Source of the DNA: Halarcobacter sp.
GTDB lineage: Bacteria > Campylobacterota > Campylobacteria > Campylobacterales > Arcobacteraceae
Direction of reading: 5' to 3'
NCBI GenBank assembly: GCA_048571215.1
Contig: CP182352.1
Location: forward strand, 2,944,001 to 3,008,000
Length of the DNA: 64,000 nt
This document shows, one piece after another, positions 29,738 to 40,424 of the stretch. The first letter of the stretch is position 1. The number at the start of each line of letters is the position of its first letter. The notes beneath the pieces are model-generated. The model was not told where the DNA came from. It was given only the letters and a program-made list of their open reading frames with translations, and did no database searches. A program made the translations under genes and the position numbers.

Positions 29738-32700
29738 AATGTTTTAATTCTCCCACATCAAACTCCCCTTTTTTTAATAAAATCAAAGAATAAAATATTG
29801 CTGGTATAATTATCAATGTTAGGAAAGCAGATGATATCATTCCTCCAATCATTGGTGCAGCTATCCTTTGCATAACTTCACTTCCAACCCCATCAATATA
29901 CATAATAGGAATAAGTCCACCAAGTATTGCAAATAGTGTCATAAGTTTAGGTCTAAGTCTTAAAACAGCTCCCTTATAAATTGCATGGAAAATATGGGAT
30001 TTATTTAGTTCTAAAGATTTTGATTTTAAATCAACCATTGCTTCATGAAGATACACAAGCATAACAATAGAGGTCTCAGCTGCAACCCCCAATAAAGCTA
30101 AAAAACCAACAATAACAGCAATAGATATATTAAAGTTTAAATACTCCAAATAAAATATTCCACCTGTTAAAGCAAAGGGCAGAGTAAAAAATATTATACA
30201 AGTATAAGTGATATTTTTTAGGGCAAAATAGATTAATATAAATATTATTACAAAAGTTAAAGGAATAATATATATCAATCTTTCCAGTGCTGATTCTAAG
30301 TATTCACTTTGTCCTGCCCATTCATAATAAAAGCCTGCAGGTAGCTTTAAATCTTTTAAAATATCTTTTGCCTTGTCTTTATACTCTTTTGCAGAAACTT
30401 CACTTTTAGGAGTGATATATATAAAGTTAACATTTAAAGCTTTTTCAGATTTTATAACTGAAGGACCTTCATTATATTCTAAGTGAGCAAAACTACTTAA
30501 AGGTTGAAATCCCAGCTTTGTTTTGATTTGAAGATTGCTTAAAGCTGTTATATCTTCCCTTTGAGACATATCATATCTAATAGAGATAGGATATCTTTCA
30601 AGACCTGTTAAAAAAGTATCTACCCTACTTCCAGCAACTGCTGTAGATATAGTTGATAAAATATCATTTTTTGAGATTCCATATCTTGAAATCATTTCAT
30701 CATCTATTTTAATATTTAGATAATACCCTGAGTTTATTTTATCTGTAGATACAGAAAGTGTTTTATCAAATTTTTTCAACTTTTGTTCTATTTTACCAGC
30801 TATCTCTTCTAACTTTTGATGATTGTTTCCATATAGTTTTATACCAAGTGGTGTTCTAATACCTGTCAAAAGCATATCAATTCTACCTCTGATAGGATAT
30901 GTCCAAGAGTTAATTAGTCCAGCAACCTTTAGTTTATGGTCCATCTCTTCCATAAGTTTTTTATAGGTCATCCCCTCACGCCATTGATTTTCTGGTTTAA
31001 AAGTAACTATAGTTTCAATCATAGCAAGGGGAGCTGGATCTGTTGCACTATCAGCTCTACCAGCTTTTCCAAATACAGTATCAACTTCAGGGAAAGATTT
31101 TAGTATTTTATCTGTCTTATGGGTTAATTCTTTTGCTAAATCAATACCAATTCCATATGAAGTTACAGGCATATACATAAAAGTTTGTTCATTCATCATT
31201 GGCATAAACTCCCAATTTAATTTTTTATAAACTGGATAAGCCGCAATCAAAGTTAATAAAAAAATACCTATTATTAAATATCTAACTCTTAATGCCCCTT
31301 TTAATAAAGGAGAATAAAGTTTTATGAAGAATTTATTTAATAAATTTTTCTCTTCTCTTAATATTTTTCCTCTAATAAAAAAGACCATTAAAATAGGAAC
31401 TAAGGTGATAGATAAAATAGCTCCAGAAACCATAGCAAAAGATTTTGTAAAAGCTAAAGGGGAAAACAATCTACCCTCTTGACCTGTTAAAGCAAAAATT
31501 GGCAAGAAAGATACAACAACAAGAATAAGAGCAAAAAATATTGGTCGCCCTACTTGCTTAGCTGACCTGATGATTATATCCACCCGCTCTTTATTTGAGA
31601 TGTTCTCTTTTCCTTGCAAATATTTGTGAGCATTTTCAACCATAACAATTGTGGCATCAACCATTGCTCCAATTGCAATAGCAATACCACCTAAACTCAT
31701 AATATTTGACCCCAAACCAAAAAATTTCATAAGTAAAAAAGTAAATAAGACTGTAATAGGTAAAGTAATGATTATAATCAAAGCACTTCTAAAGTGAAAT
31801 AAAAACAAAGAGCTTACAATCATAACGATAATAGACTCTTCTATCAAGGTATGTTTTAATGTGTAAATAGCTTTGTCAATTAAAGAGCTTCTATCATAGG
31901 TTTCAACAACTTCTACATCATCTACATTCAAAGTTTTTAGTTTCTCTTTAACCCTTTTGATTACTGCATATGGATTTTCTCCAAACCTAACAACCACTAT
32001 ACCACCAACAGTTTCCCCTTGACCATTTAAATCAGCCATTCCTCTTCTATTTGCAGATGTAACATTTACTTCTGCTACATCTTTTATTTTAAGTGGTGTT
32101 AGTCCATTTGTTTTGATAGTAATATTTTCAATATCATTAAGGTTTTTTAGATAAGCCTTTGCTTGAATCATCTGCTCAAAACCATTTTCTAAAATTATTC
32201 TACCACCAACTTCTTTATTGTTTTTTATAAGTGCTTTTTTTATATTCTCAATACTTAGATTGTATTGTACAAGCCTATCTTGGTCAACTGTAATCTCATA
32301 GTTTTTAATAAACCCTCCAATAGAAGCAATCTCACTTACACCATCAACTCCCAATAAAGCATATTTATAATAATAATCTTGCAGAGTTCTTAACTCTTCT
32401 AGGGATTTAGTATCAGATTTCAAAGCATATTCATAAGCCCATCCTACACCTGTAGCATCTGGACCAATTGCAACATCAACCCCGCTTGGAAAACTTCCTT
32501 GAAGTTGAGATAATTGCTCTAAAATTCTATTTCTTGAATCATATAAATCAGTTCCATCTTTAAAAATGATATATATAAGTGCATTTTGAAAAGAACTCAT
32601 TGCCCTTACTGTTTCTATATTTGGAAGACTCATTAGATTTGAAATAAGAGGATATGAAACTTGCTCCTCTATTGTTTTTGGACTTTGCCCTGGCCACTTA

Positions 32701-32852
32701 ACTTGAACAATAACTTGAGGAGGTGACAAATCCGGCAAAGCATCCAAACTTGTATTTTTAACTGCCCAATAAGAAGCAAAAGTTAAAACTAAAATAGAAA
32801 AAATAATTAAGAATTTATTTCTAATGCTATATGAGATTATACTTTCAACCAT
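29736..32852 (-). CDS. cusA: Heavy-metal (Cu/Ag) RND efflux permease, CusA-type
   Basis: LDALPDLS, GPDATGVGW; Met-site segments FMYMP, PAPLAMIET, RIDMLLTG. Confidence 0.9.
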   Translation of the reverse strand: MVESIISYSIRNKFLIIFSILVLTFASYWAVKNTSLDALPDLSPPQVIVQVKWPGQSPKTIEEQVSYPLISNLMSLPNIETVRAMSSFQNALIYIIFKDGTDLYDSRNRILEQLSQLQGSFPSGVDVAIGPDATGVGWAYEYALKSDTKSLEELRTLQDYYYKYALLGVDGVSEIASIGGFIKNYEITVDQDRLVQYNLSIENIKKALIKNNKEVGGRIILENGFEQMIQAKAYLKNLNDIENITIKTNGLTPLKIKDVAEVNVTSANRRGMADLNGQGETVGGIVVVRFGENPYAVIKRVKEKLKTLNVDDVEVVETYDRSSLIDKAIYTLKHTLIEESIIVMIVSSLFLFHFRSALIIIITLPITVLFTFLLMKFFGLGSNIMSLGGIAIAIGAMVDATIVMVENAHKYLQGKENISNKERVDIIIRSAKQVGRPIFFALILVVVSFLPIFALTGQEGRLFSPLAFTKSFAMVSGAILSITLVPILMVFFIRGKILREEKNLLNKFFIKLYSPLLKGALRVRYLIIGIFLLTLIAAYPVYKKLNWEFMPMMNEQTFMYMPVTSYGIGIDLAKELTHKTDKILKSFPEVDTVFGKAGRADSATDPAPLAMIETIVTFKPENQWREGMTYKKLMEEMDHKLKVAGLINSWTYPIRGRIDMLLTGIRTPLGIKLYGNNHQKLEEIAGKIEQKLKKFDKTLSVSTDKINSGYYLNIKIDDEMISRYGISKNDILSTISTAVAGSRVDTFLTGLERYPISIRYDMSQREDITALSNLQIKTKLGFQPLSSFAHLEYNEGPSVIKSEKALNVNFIYITPKSEVSAKEYKDKAKDILKDLKLPAGFYYEWAGQSEYLESALERLIYIIPLTFVIIFILIYFALKNITYTCIIFFTLPFALTGGIFYLEYLNFNISIAVIVGFLALLGVAAETSIVMLVYLHEAMVDLKSKSLELNKSHIFHAIYKGAVLRLRPKLMTLFAILGGLIPIMYIDGVGSEVMQRIAAPMIGGMISSAFLTLIIIPAIFYSLILLKKGEFDVGELKH

Positions 32853-32860
32853 AACTTTTC

Positions 32861-33862
32861 CTACCAGTCTTCATCATCATTGCTATATAAACCATTTGTA
32901 ATGGCATCCGAATCAAGCAAGAAAAGTGCATTATTTATAACCGTTTGCCCCTCTTCTAATCCATCTAGTATCTCGTACTTATTTGAAGAGATTCTTTTTG
33001 CTGTAATCTCTATAGGTTCATATTCTGATTTTGATAGGTATTGAAAAACATAGTGTTTTTTCCCTTTTGTTAAAACTGAACTTTTTGGAAGAGTTAATAC
33101 AGTTTTTGTATCAGTTTTAATTTGTACCTTTGCAAACATATTTGGATAAAGTTTTAACTCTTTATTCTTAATAGTAAATCTTACATCAACTGTTTTGGTT
33201 TTTAAATCAACCTGGGGATAAACTAAATCAACTTTTGTTTTAATGGGAGAACTTACTCCATCAATAACAACTTGAGCTTCCATCCCTTTTTTTATAAAAG
33301 CTAAATCTTTTTGATAAACTTGAGCTATAAACCAAAGCTCATCCAAAGATGCAAGTTGTAATAAAAGTTTCCCTTTCTTTACAAAACTTCCTTTATTTAT
33401 ATTTTTTTCTAAAACAATAGAATCCATAGGTGAATAAAAAGGGATATCTTTTATAAGTTTATCTGAAGAGTTAATTCTCTTAATTACAGAAGAACTTATA
33501 TCCAAAGATTTTAATTTTTCAATATTACTAGAGATTAATGAAGGCATAAATTTTTTTGCAATACTAATCTCTTGTTGAATTGAACTTAATTCATCAGAAT
33601 ATATTGTAAAAAGTAAATCACCTTTTTTTAAAGTTTTATATTGTTCATTTGCTTCCAAGTTAGTAATATAACCATCAAATCTACTAACAATATCATAAAT
33701 TTTTGTCTCATTTAAGGCAGTATAGCCATAAAAGCTTTTTAAGGTACCTATTTGCTCTTTTTGTACTTTGGTAAGCTTTCTATTAAATAACTGCTCAACT
33801 TCAAGAATTTGGGCATTTGTGATTGTAAGTACCATAAAAAGGGCGATTAAAATAGCTCTCAT
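32861..33862 (-). CDS. RND periplasmic adaptor (CusB/CzcB-like)
   Basis: SRFDGYI, LYPNMFA, FLLDSD; directly upstream of cusA. Confidence 0.88.
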   Translation of the reverse strand: MRAILIALFMVLTITNAQILEVEQLFNRKLTKVQKEQIGTLKSFYGYTALNETKIYDIVSRFDGYITNLEANEQYKTLKKGDLLFTIYSDELSSIQQEISIAKKFMPSLISSNIEKLKSLDISSSVIKRINSSDKLIKDIPFYSPMDSIVLEKNINKGSFVKKGKLLLQLASLDELWFIAQVYQKDLAFIKKGMEAQVVIDGVSSPIKTKVDLVYPQVDLKTKTVDVRFTIKNKELKLYPNMFAKVQIKTDTKTVLTLPKSSVLTKGKKHYVFQYLSKSEYEPIEITAKRISSNKYEILDGLEEGQTVINNALFLLDSDAITNGLYSNDDEDW

Positions 33863-35064
33863 CTGATTCCCTTAGTAAAATAGATAGATTTTGCTAATGA
33901 ATTAAAATAAATCTCTTTTTCATCAACAACTTTTAATTTATATTTTATTATTTCATTAAAATTTTTTATTAACGATTTTGAATCAATATTTTTATAAGAG
34001 TTAAAATTGTTATAAGACTCTAATACTTTTTGTAATTGTTCAAATCTTGAAAGAATATCTTTATTTATAATATTTACAGTTTCACATGAAACATTTAAAT
34101 TTTCTTGCAAAATATTAATTTGATTTTTAAAACTATTTTTCATATCTTTAACATTATTATCAAGTTCAAGAGTTTTGAACTTCGCTTTTCTTGATTTGAT
34201 ATCTTCACTTCCATAAATAGATAAAGGGATTGCAACAGCAAAATTTACATAGTCGTCATATTTATTATCTCTTTGAAAATATGTAAGGGTAAAATTAATA
34301 TCAGAATTTTTTTTCTCTTTTTCTAATTTTGAGATATTTTCAAACTTTTTTGAACTCTCTTTCAGTGATAAGATTTTTGGATGTTTATCTATTTGGGGGA
34401 AAAGATTGATTTTTTTGATTTCCATATCTATATCTATATTTTTATACTTTTCGTAACTAATCTCTTCTAGCTTTATTTTTTCTATATTTAACATAGATTT
34501 CAATTTTTGAGTTTTTAGATTTAACTCATGGTAAATAATTTGTGTATTCAAAATCTCTTTTTGCGAGGCTTTATTATATTTATAAAGCTGTGTAAATAAA
34601 TCTTCTAATTTTTTTGTATTTACTTTAAATTTCTCAAATAAAGATAATCTCTCTTCAAGTAGTTTTATATTGTAAATATATTCATAAATTTTAGATTTAT
34701 ATAGAAGTTTTTTATCCTCAACAATATATTTTGAAATCTCATAATCATTTAGAGCTATATCTTTTTCAACTTCTAGTTTATCTCCTAAGGGTACAACTTG
34801 TGAAAAGCCGATAAATTGAGCTTGCATAGGTTCTTTATCCCTAGACAAGCTATCATTAAACTGAACATCAGTTGCACCAAAACTAAGAGTTGGGTTTTTC
34901 CACTTTGAGCTTAAACTAATTTGCTGTTTTATATCATTAATAGATTCCTCTAAAGCTTTTAGACTATAATTTTTTTTAAAACTATTTTCTACAATTTCAT
35001 CTATGTTTTTTGCACTTAAAAAAGTAGATATAAAAAACAGTAGAAGAAAAGATCTTTTTAACAT
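33859..35064 (-). CDS. TolC-family outer membrane factor
   Basis: Signal peptide, NPTLSFG...EPMQAQFIGFSQVVP; operon context. Confidence 0.8.
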   Translation of the reverse strand: MLKRSFLLLFFISTFLSAKNIDEIVENSFKKNYSLKALEESINDIKQQISLSSKWKNPTLSFGATDVQFNDSLSRDKEPMQAQFIGFSQVVPLGDKLEVEKDIALNDYEISKYIVEDKKLLYKSKIYEYIYNIKLLEERLSLFEKFKVNTKKLEDLFTQLYKYNKASQKEILNTQIIYHELNLKTQKLKSMLNIEKIKLEEISYEKYKNIDIDMEIKKINLFPQIDKHPKILSLKESSKKFENISKLEKEKKNSDINFTLTYFQRDNKYDDYVNFAVAIPLSIYGSEDIKSRKAKFKTLELDNNVKDMKNSFKNQINILQENLNVSCETVNIINKDILSRFEQLQKVLESYNNFNSYKNIDSKSLIKNFNEIIKYKLKVVDEKEIYFNSLAKSIYFTKGIR

Positions 35065-35072
35065 GGGTTTTC

Positions 35073-35453
35073 CTATAGATTTATACTAGATCTAATAGTA
35101 TGAACTTTCCCATCTTGGGTTTTAAACTTTAAATGGTATTGCCATGTACCACCCATTGGAAAATTGATTGAGGTTTTAAATTTACCATCTACAAATTTTG
35201 CTTTTTGGGTTTGTTCCATATATGGCATTCCTGGCATCTCTGGCATAAAGAATTTTATTTTTACCTTTGCATTAGTAACAGCAACAGTATCTTTAGCTAA
35301 AGTAATAAAAAAAGTATTATTACCAACTACAAGTGATTTCTCAGACTTCAGTGTAATCTCATATCCATCTTTCTTTCCACTTAAATCAATAGGATCTGCA
35401 TTTAGCAAACCAAAAGTTAATAATAGTGCTCCAATAAATTTCACTAGTTTCAT
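35073..35453 (-). CDS. YtkA/FixH-family Met-rich exported protein (CrdA-like)
   Basis: Signal peptide, FFMPEMPGMPYM, FPMGGTWQ. Confidence 0.8.
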   Translation of the reverse strand: MKLVKFIGALLLTFGLLNADPIDLSGKKDGYEITLKSEKSLVVGNNTFFITLAKDTVAVTNAKVKIKFFMPEMPGMPYMEQTQKAKFVDGKFKTSINFPMGGTWQYHLKFKTQDGKVHTIRSSINL

Positions 35454-35518
35454 AAAGACTCCTTAAAAAATTTATGGAATTCTATTATTTTTATGAGGAG
35501 GGTGTGTGGAAAAAAATT

Positions 35519-36670
35519 TTAGTTAAATTTGAAAGAAAAAGTTGTACCCTCTTTTAGTTTTGATTCTACATGAAATTTTATATTATATTTATAACAGATA
35601 TTTTGAACAATATTAAGCCCTATCCCAAAACCACCCTGTTCTTTTGTAGCTCTATAGTATCTATTGAAAATATCCTTTATTTTATCTTTTGGTATACCAA
35701 CTCCACTATCATCAATAACTAAAACATTTGATTTTAATTTTATGTTTATATTCCCTTGTTTTTTATTATATTTAATAGCATTTGATAAAATATTGTTAAA
35801 GAGTCTAATAAAATCATCCCTTTGTATTTTATACTCAAACTCTTTTAGTTCACAAGATATTGTAACTCTTTTTTTATGGGCTAAAATCTTAAAATAAGGC
35901 AATTGTTCCTCAATCAATTGGTCTAATCTATGATTTTCTAATTGGGGGTTTTTTTCATGTTCTTCTAAAAAAACAAAGGTTAAATCCTGATATACTTCTG
36001 ATATTCTTTTTGCAGCAAGTTTAATTCTGTCTATTTGTTTTTTCGATAACTCTGTATCTTCTGTAGACATCAAAATAGCACTGACTGGAGTATTTAACTC
36101 ATGGGTACTATCTTTTATAAAGGTGTTTAATTTTTCCCTTTCATCTTTTATAGGTTTTATAAAAAGTTTTGCTAAATAAAAACCAATCAAAGATATAAAT
36201 GTGAAAATTAGTATAAAAATAAAAATAGTATTGCTTTTTAGCTTATCTATTGTTTTTGCATATAAGTTCTCTTCAATAGCTATATAATAAATCCCTAAAT
36301 GACCATATGTTGAGTTATTTATAAGGGTAAAATTTCTATCTTGAACTATTATTTTTTTGCTAAAATCTATATTCCCATCCAAATTTCCAAAAAGTTTTTT
36401 TCTATTTTTATCATAAAAAGAAATTTTATATTCACTCTTATTCATAAATGAGGAGCTATCAAGTTTTGTTCCACTCATATGTGAATAGATAACTTGTGAT
36501 GAGATATTTGATACTACATTTTCCATTTTTGTTTTAGTTAAATCAAAATATAGTTTTTTTTCATTTTCATAATAAAGCAGTGCAATTATCATCAAAAGAA
36601 CGAATGAACCACCAAAATATAAGCCAAAAAATCTTAGAAAAGTTATCTTTTCACTTCTTGTTAAATCTAT
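35519..36670 (-). CDS. Sensor histidine kinase, probable non-canonical ATA/ATT start
   Basis: HELNTP, NAIKY, DSGVG, GFGIGL; frame extends 25 codons upstream of 36595 to an ATA 6 nt after AAGGAG. Confidence 0.85.
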   Translation of the reverse strand: MDLTRSEKITFLRFFGLYFGGSFVLLMIIALLYYENEKKLYFDLTKTKMENVVSNISSQVIYSHMSGTKLDSSSFMNKSEYKISFYDKNRKKLFGNLDGNIDFSKKIIVQDRNFTLINNSTYGHLGIYYIAIEENLYAKTIDKLKSNTIFIFILIFTFISLIGFYLAKLFIKPIKDEREKLNTFIKDSTHELNTPVSAILMSTEDTELSKKQIDRIKLAAKRISEVYQDLTFVFLEEHEKNPQLENHRLDQLIEEQLPYFKILAHKKRVTISCELKEFEYKIQRDDFIRLFNNILSNAIKYNKKQGNINIKLKSNVLVIDDSGVGIPKDKIKDIFNRYYRATKEQGGFGIGLNIVQNICYKYNIKFHVESKLKEGTTFSFKFN

Positions 36671-36753
36671 AATTATCTCCTTAAATGTTTCAGGATTATA
36701 TCATAAAATATTTTTCCATGTACATTACACAAAAAATCAACTATAATTTTACT

Positions 36754-37410
36754 ATGAAAATATTACTACTAGAAGATGATACTTTATTAAATGAGATTAT
36801 AGAAGAATTTTTGGAAAAACTAAACCATAAAGTAGTATCCACTTATGATGGGCAAGAGGCTATTGAAGCTGTATTTGAAGAAAATTTTGATTTACTTATT
36901 TTAGATGTAAATGTACCTTTGATAAATGGTTTTGAAGTTTTAAAAGAGCTTAAAAGAAATAGCATAAATACTCCAACCATATATATAACCTCTCTTCATA
37001 CCTTAAAAGATATGGAGATAGGATTTAAAGCTGGAGCTGATGATTATATGAAAAAACCTTTTCATCTTAGTGAACTAAAACTTAGAATTGAAAATATTGT
37101 AAGATTAAGACATATTGAAAATAGTGGTGATAATAAAATAAACGACACAATAAGCTATAACTATGATACAAAAACAATAAAAGTATCACAACAAAAGCAT
37201 ACTCTATCTAAAACAGAAGCAAAAGTATTTGAATACTTTTTGAAAAATAGAAATAGATCCATCTCAATTGAAGAGATTAGCTTAAACAATTGGTCCTATG
37301 AAGAGGCTCCTACGGCAACTACAATAAGAACATATATAAAAAATCTTAGAAAAATTTTAGGTAAAGATATGATTGATACTTTTAAAGGAATCGGTTACAA
37401 ATTAAAATAA
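36754..37410 (+). CDS. OmpR-family response regulator
   Basis: MKILLLEDD, LILDVNVP, GADDYMKKPF, IRTYIKNLRK, GIGY. Confidence 0.93.
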   Translation: MKILLLEDDTLLNEIIEEFLEKLNHKVVSTYDGQEAIEAVFEENFDLLILDVNVPLINGFEVLKELKRNSINTPTIYITSLHTLKDMEIGFKAGADDYMKKPFHLSELKLRIENIVRLRHIENSGDNKINDTISYNYDTKTIKVSQQKHTLSKTEAKVFEYFLKNRNRSISIEEISLNNWSYEEAPTATTIRTYIKNLRKILGKDMIDTFKGIGYKLK

Positions 37411-37469
37411 ACTATCCTATACTAAAAAGTAATATATCTTTTGTTATAATCTTTTTTTAAAGGGATAAA

Positions 37470-38876
37470 ATGGTTAATAAAAGTATATTTAGAGAATATG
37501 ATATTAGAGGAATAGTTGGAGCTGATTTAAATAAAGAGTCGGTGAAATTAATTGGTTTTTTCTTAGGGAAAAGAGTTTATGAAAAGTTCAAAGAGAACTC
37601 TTATATCTCAATTGGCTACGATGCAAGAACCCACTCACCTGAACTTTTTTCATATTTGGCAAGTGGTTTTAATAAAGCTGGATGTACTGTATTAAATATG
37701 GGTATGGTTGCAACTGGTGTAAACTATTTTTCAAACTACCAAGAGTTTGAAATAGAGGGTAAAAAGATTCAAGCAAATTGCTCTGTTATGATAACAGGAA
37801 GTCACAATCCAAGTGAATATAATGGCTTTAAAATCACCCTTGACAAAAAACCATTCTTTGGAGAAGATATCTATACTTTGGGGGATGAGATTATTGCAAG
37901 TGATGTACAAATTGAAGACAATGATAAAAACTATCCAATAGATGTAAAATCACTATATATAAACTATATAGTAAATGAATTTTCATTTTTAAAAGGGATG
38001 AAAGAAAGATTTATTATAGATTGTGGAAATGGAGTTGCTGATACAGTTCTTACAACTATATTAGATAAATTAGAATTAAACTATGATGGTCTATATTGTG
38101 AACCAGATGGAAGTTTTCCTAACCATCATCCAGATCCAAGTGAAGAGAAAAATCTAAAAGATATAATGGCTGCTTTAAAGGGTAATTATGAGTTTGGTTT
38201 TGCCTATGATGGAGATGCAGATAGAATCGCATTTTTAACAAAAAAGTATAATGTAAAAGGTGATATCATGGCACTTTTATTTGCAAAAACCATGACAAAT
38301 CCTACAATAATTGGTGAAGTTAAATGTACTCAAGTTATGTATGATATTATAAATAAAACAGGTAAAGCTGTTATGTACAAAACAGGTCACTCAAACTTGA
38401 AAGTAAAACTAAAAGAGCTTAATGCAGACCTAGCAGCAGAAGTTTCTGGACATATATTTTTCAATGATAGATATTTTGGTTTTGATGATGCCATTTATGC
38501 TACATTTAGACTACTAGAACTAATTTATAATAAAATGGATATTGATGCCCAAATTGATGCCCTACCTAAGACTTATTCAACAGAAGAGATAAAAGTAAAA
38601 ACAAGTGAAGAGGAAAAGTTTTTACTAATTGACAAGGTAAAAGAACATCTTAAAAACCCACCAGCTAATTTTCCTGCGATAAAAGATATTATTGATGTGG
38701 ATGGGGTTAGAGTTATCTTTGATAAGGGCTGGGGGCTTGTAAGAGCTTCAAATACAACACCTGTTCTTGTTACTAGATTTGAATCTACAGATGAAGCTAT
38801 GGCAAAAATATATGAAGAGAAACTGAACAATTTAATTCAAATGGCAAAAGATGAACTTAATAGCACTTCAAACTAA
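37470..38876 (+). CDS. Phosphomannomutase/phosphoglucomutase
   Basis: FREYDIRG, TGSHNP, DGDADR, EVSGH, VRASNT. Confidence 0.95.
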   Translation: MVNKSIFREYDIRGIVGADLNKESVKLIGFFLGKRVYEKFKENSYISIGYDARTHSPELFSYLASGFNKAGCTVLNMGMVATGVNYFSNYQEFEIEGKKIQANCSVMITGSHNPSEYNGFKITLDKKPFFGEDIYTLGDEIIASDVQIEDNDKNYPIDVKSLYINYIVNEFSFLKGMKERFIIDCGNGVADTVLTTILDKLELNYDGLYCEPDGSFPNHHPDPSEEKNLKDIMAALKGNYEFGFAYDGDADRIAFLTKKYNVKGDIMALLFAKTMTNPTIIGEVKCTQVMYDIINKTGKAVMYKTGHSNLKVKLKELNADLAAEVSGHIFFNDRYFGFDDAIYATFRLLELIYNKMDIDAQIDALPKTYSTEEIKVKTSEEEKFLLIDKVKEHLKNPPANFPAIKDIIDVDGVRVIFDKGWGLVRASNTTPVLVTRFESTDEAMAKIYEEKLNNLIQMAKDELNSTSN

Positions 38877-39576
38877 AACTTTAGATGATTTCCAAAAAAA
38901 TCTAAAACACTTAAAAGAGTTGATTTTACAATGTGAAGACAACTCTTTTATCCTTGCTCCTGAGGTTTGTCTAACAGGTTTTTGTTATGATAAGATGGAA
39001 GAAGCTTGTAGTTTTAATCTAAAAGCGATAAAAGAGATTGAAGTTTTGAGTAAAAATAAAACTATAGCCTTAACTTTTATTACAAAAAAACAGAACTCTT
39101 ACTTTAATACCTTATATATATTTCATAAGGGCAAAACTATTCACACCCAATCTAAACATCGTTTATTTCCCCTAGGAGATGAACATGATCATTTTATGAG
39201 TGGTGATTTAGAAGATATGAAAATAATTGATATTGATGGAGTTAAAGTAGCAACTCTAATCTGCTTTGAGATTAGATTCCCACAATATTGGCTGAAGGTT
39301 TTAGGGGCTGATTTAATTTTAAATCCATCAATGTGGGGATTAAAAAGAAAAGCCCATTATGAAACCATGACAAAAGCTTTAGCTGTTGCAAACCAATGTT
39401 TTGTACTTACTGCAAATAGTGCGGATGAAAATATGGCAAAAGGAAGCGGTATTATAAACCCTTGGGCAGATGAGTTTAGAGATGATGAAAAAGAGCTAAT
39501 AAAACAAAAAATAGATCTAAACGAAGTATTAAAGATTAGAAAATATATAGATATAGGATTGAAAAATAGTGAATGA
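38851..39576 (+). CDS. Carbon-nitrogen hydrolase (nitrilase family)
   Basis: APEV, QSKHRLF and ICFEIRFP give the E-K-C triad. Confidence 0.9.
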   Translation: MNLIALQTKTLDDFQKNLKHLKELILQCEDNSFILAPEVCLTGFCYDKMEEACSFNLKAIKEIEVLSKNKTIALTFITKKQNSYFNTLYIFHKGKTIHTQSKHRLFPLGDEHDHFMSGDLEDMKIIDIDGVKVATLICFEIRFPQYWLKVLGADLILNPSMWGLKRKAHYETMTKALAVANQCFVLTANSADENMAKGSGIINPWADEFRDDEKELIKQKIDLNEVLKIRKYIDIGLKNSE

Positions 39577-40021
39577 AGTTAAATCAATAATTTTTGTGTG
39601 TTTAGGAAATATTTGTCGTTCCCCTTTAGCAGAAGGTATTGCAAAAGAGTATGCTAAAAAGAACAATTTGGATATAAAAATAGCAAGTGCTGGTACAGGA
39701 AGTTGGCATATAGGTGATGCTCCTTGTGAGAACTCTATAAAAGTAGCAAAACAAAATGGGATAGATATCTCAAAACAAAAAGCTCAACAGATAAAAAAAG
39801 AGCACTTTAAAGAGTATGATTTAGTTGTTGCACTTGATAGTAAAAATCTTGCCGATTTAAAAAAGCTAGGTGCAAAGCCACTTAAACTTGGAGATTATGG
39901 TTATGAAGGTCAAGATGTACCAGACCCCTACTTTTTCCCAGGATTTGAAGGATTTGATAAGGTTTATAAAATGATAGAAACTTGTGTAAAAAACCTAATT
40001 AAACAGAAGATCTCACACTAA
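39569..40021 (+). CDS. Low molecular weight protein-tyrosine phosphatase
   Basis: VCLGNICRS, DVPDPY. Confidence 0.95.
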   Translation: MNEVKSIIFVCLGNICRSPLAEGIAKEYAKKNNLDIKIASAGTGSWHIGDAPCENSIKVAKQNGIDISKQKAQQIKKEHFKEYDLVVALDSKNLADLKKLGAKPLKLGDYGYEGQDVPDPYFFPGFEGFDKVYKMIETCVKNLIKQKISH

Positions 40022-40421
40022 TTTTTGTTTCAAAGTTTTTAGCCTGCCCTACCCAGTCTTGTTCTATTACTTGATTGTCTTCTAAAATAAAATACTCTTC
40101 AACCCAATGACAGTTTCGTGCATTCCATTTAGTAATTTGGTCAAAGTGAAAAATACCTAACTCGTTTAGTTTTCCTTCAAGCTCTATATCAATCCCCTCA
40201 ATCTCTTTTAAATCATCTTTTCCACCAGGTCTTGGAGCACTTCTAATTAAAGGTTTATTATATACATTTGCTTGTACTTTATTGTGCATATTGGAAGGAA
40301 TACTACTATATACTTTTGTTCTACCTCCACCAAAAGCTTTTCCAATTATAAATCCAATTAAAAATCCAATAAATGCTGCAAGTACTAAACATAAAACTAT
40401 TTGAGATGCTATTTCAATCAC
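39999..40421 (-). CDS. Membrane-anchored protein with HhH-like (DDLKxIxGI) domain
   Basis: N-terminal TM helix; DDLKEIEGI...LNELGIFHFDQI. Confidence 0.7.
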   Translation of the reverse strand: MIEIASQIVLCLVLAAFIGFLIGFIIGKAFGGGRTKVYSSIPSNMHNKVQANVYNKPLIRSAPRPGGKDDLKEIEGIDIELEGKLNELGIFHFDQITKWNARNCHWVEEYFILEDNQVIEQDWVGQAKNFETKISVRSSV

Positions 40422-40424
40422 TTT

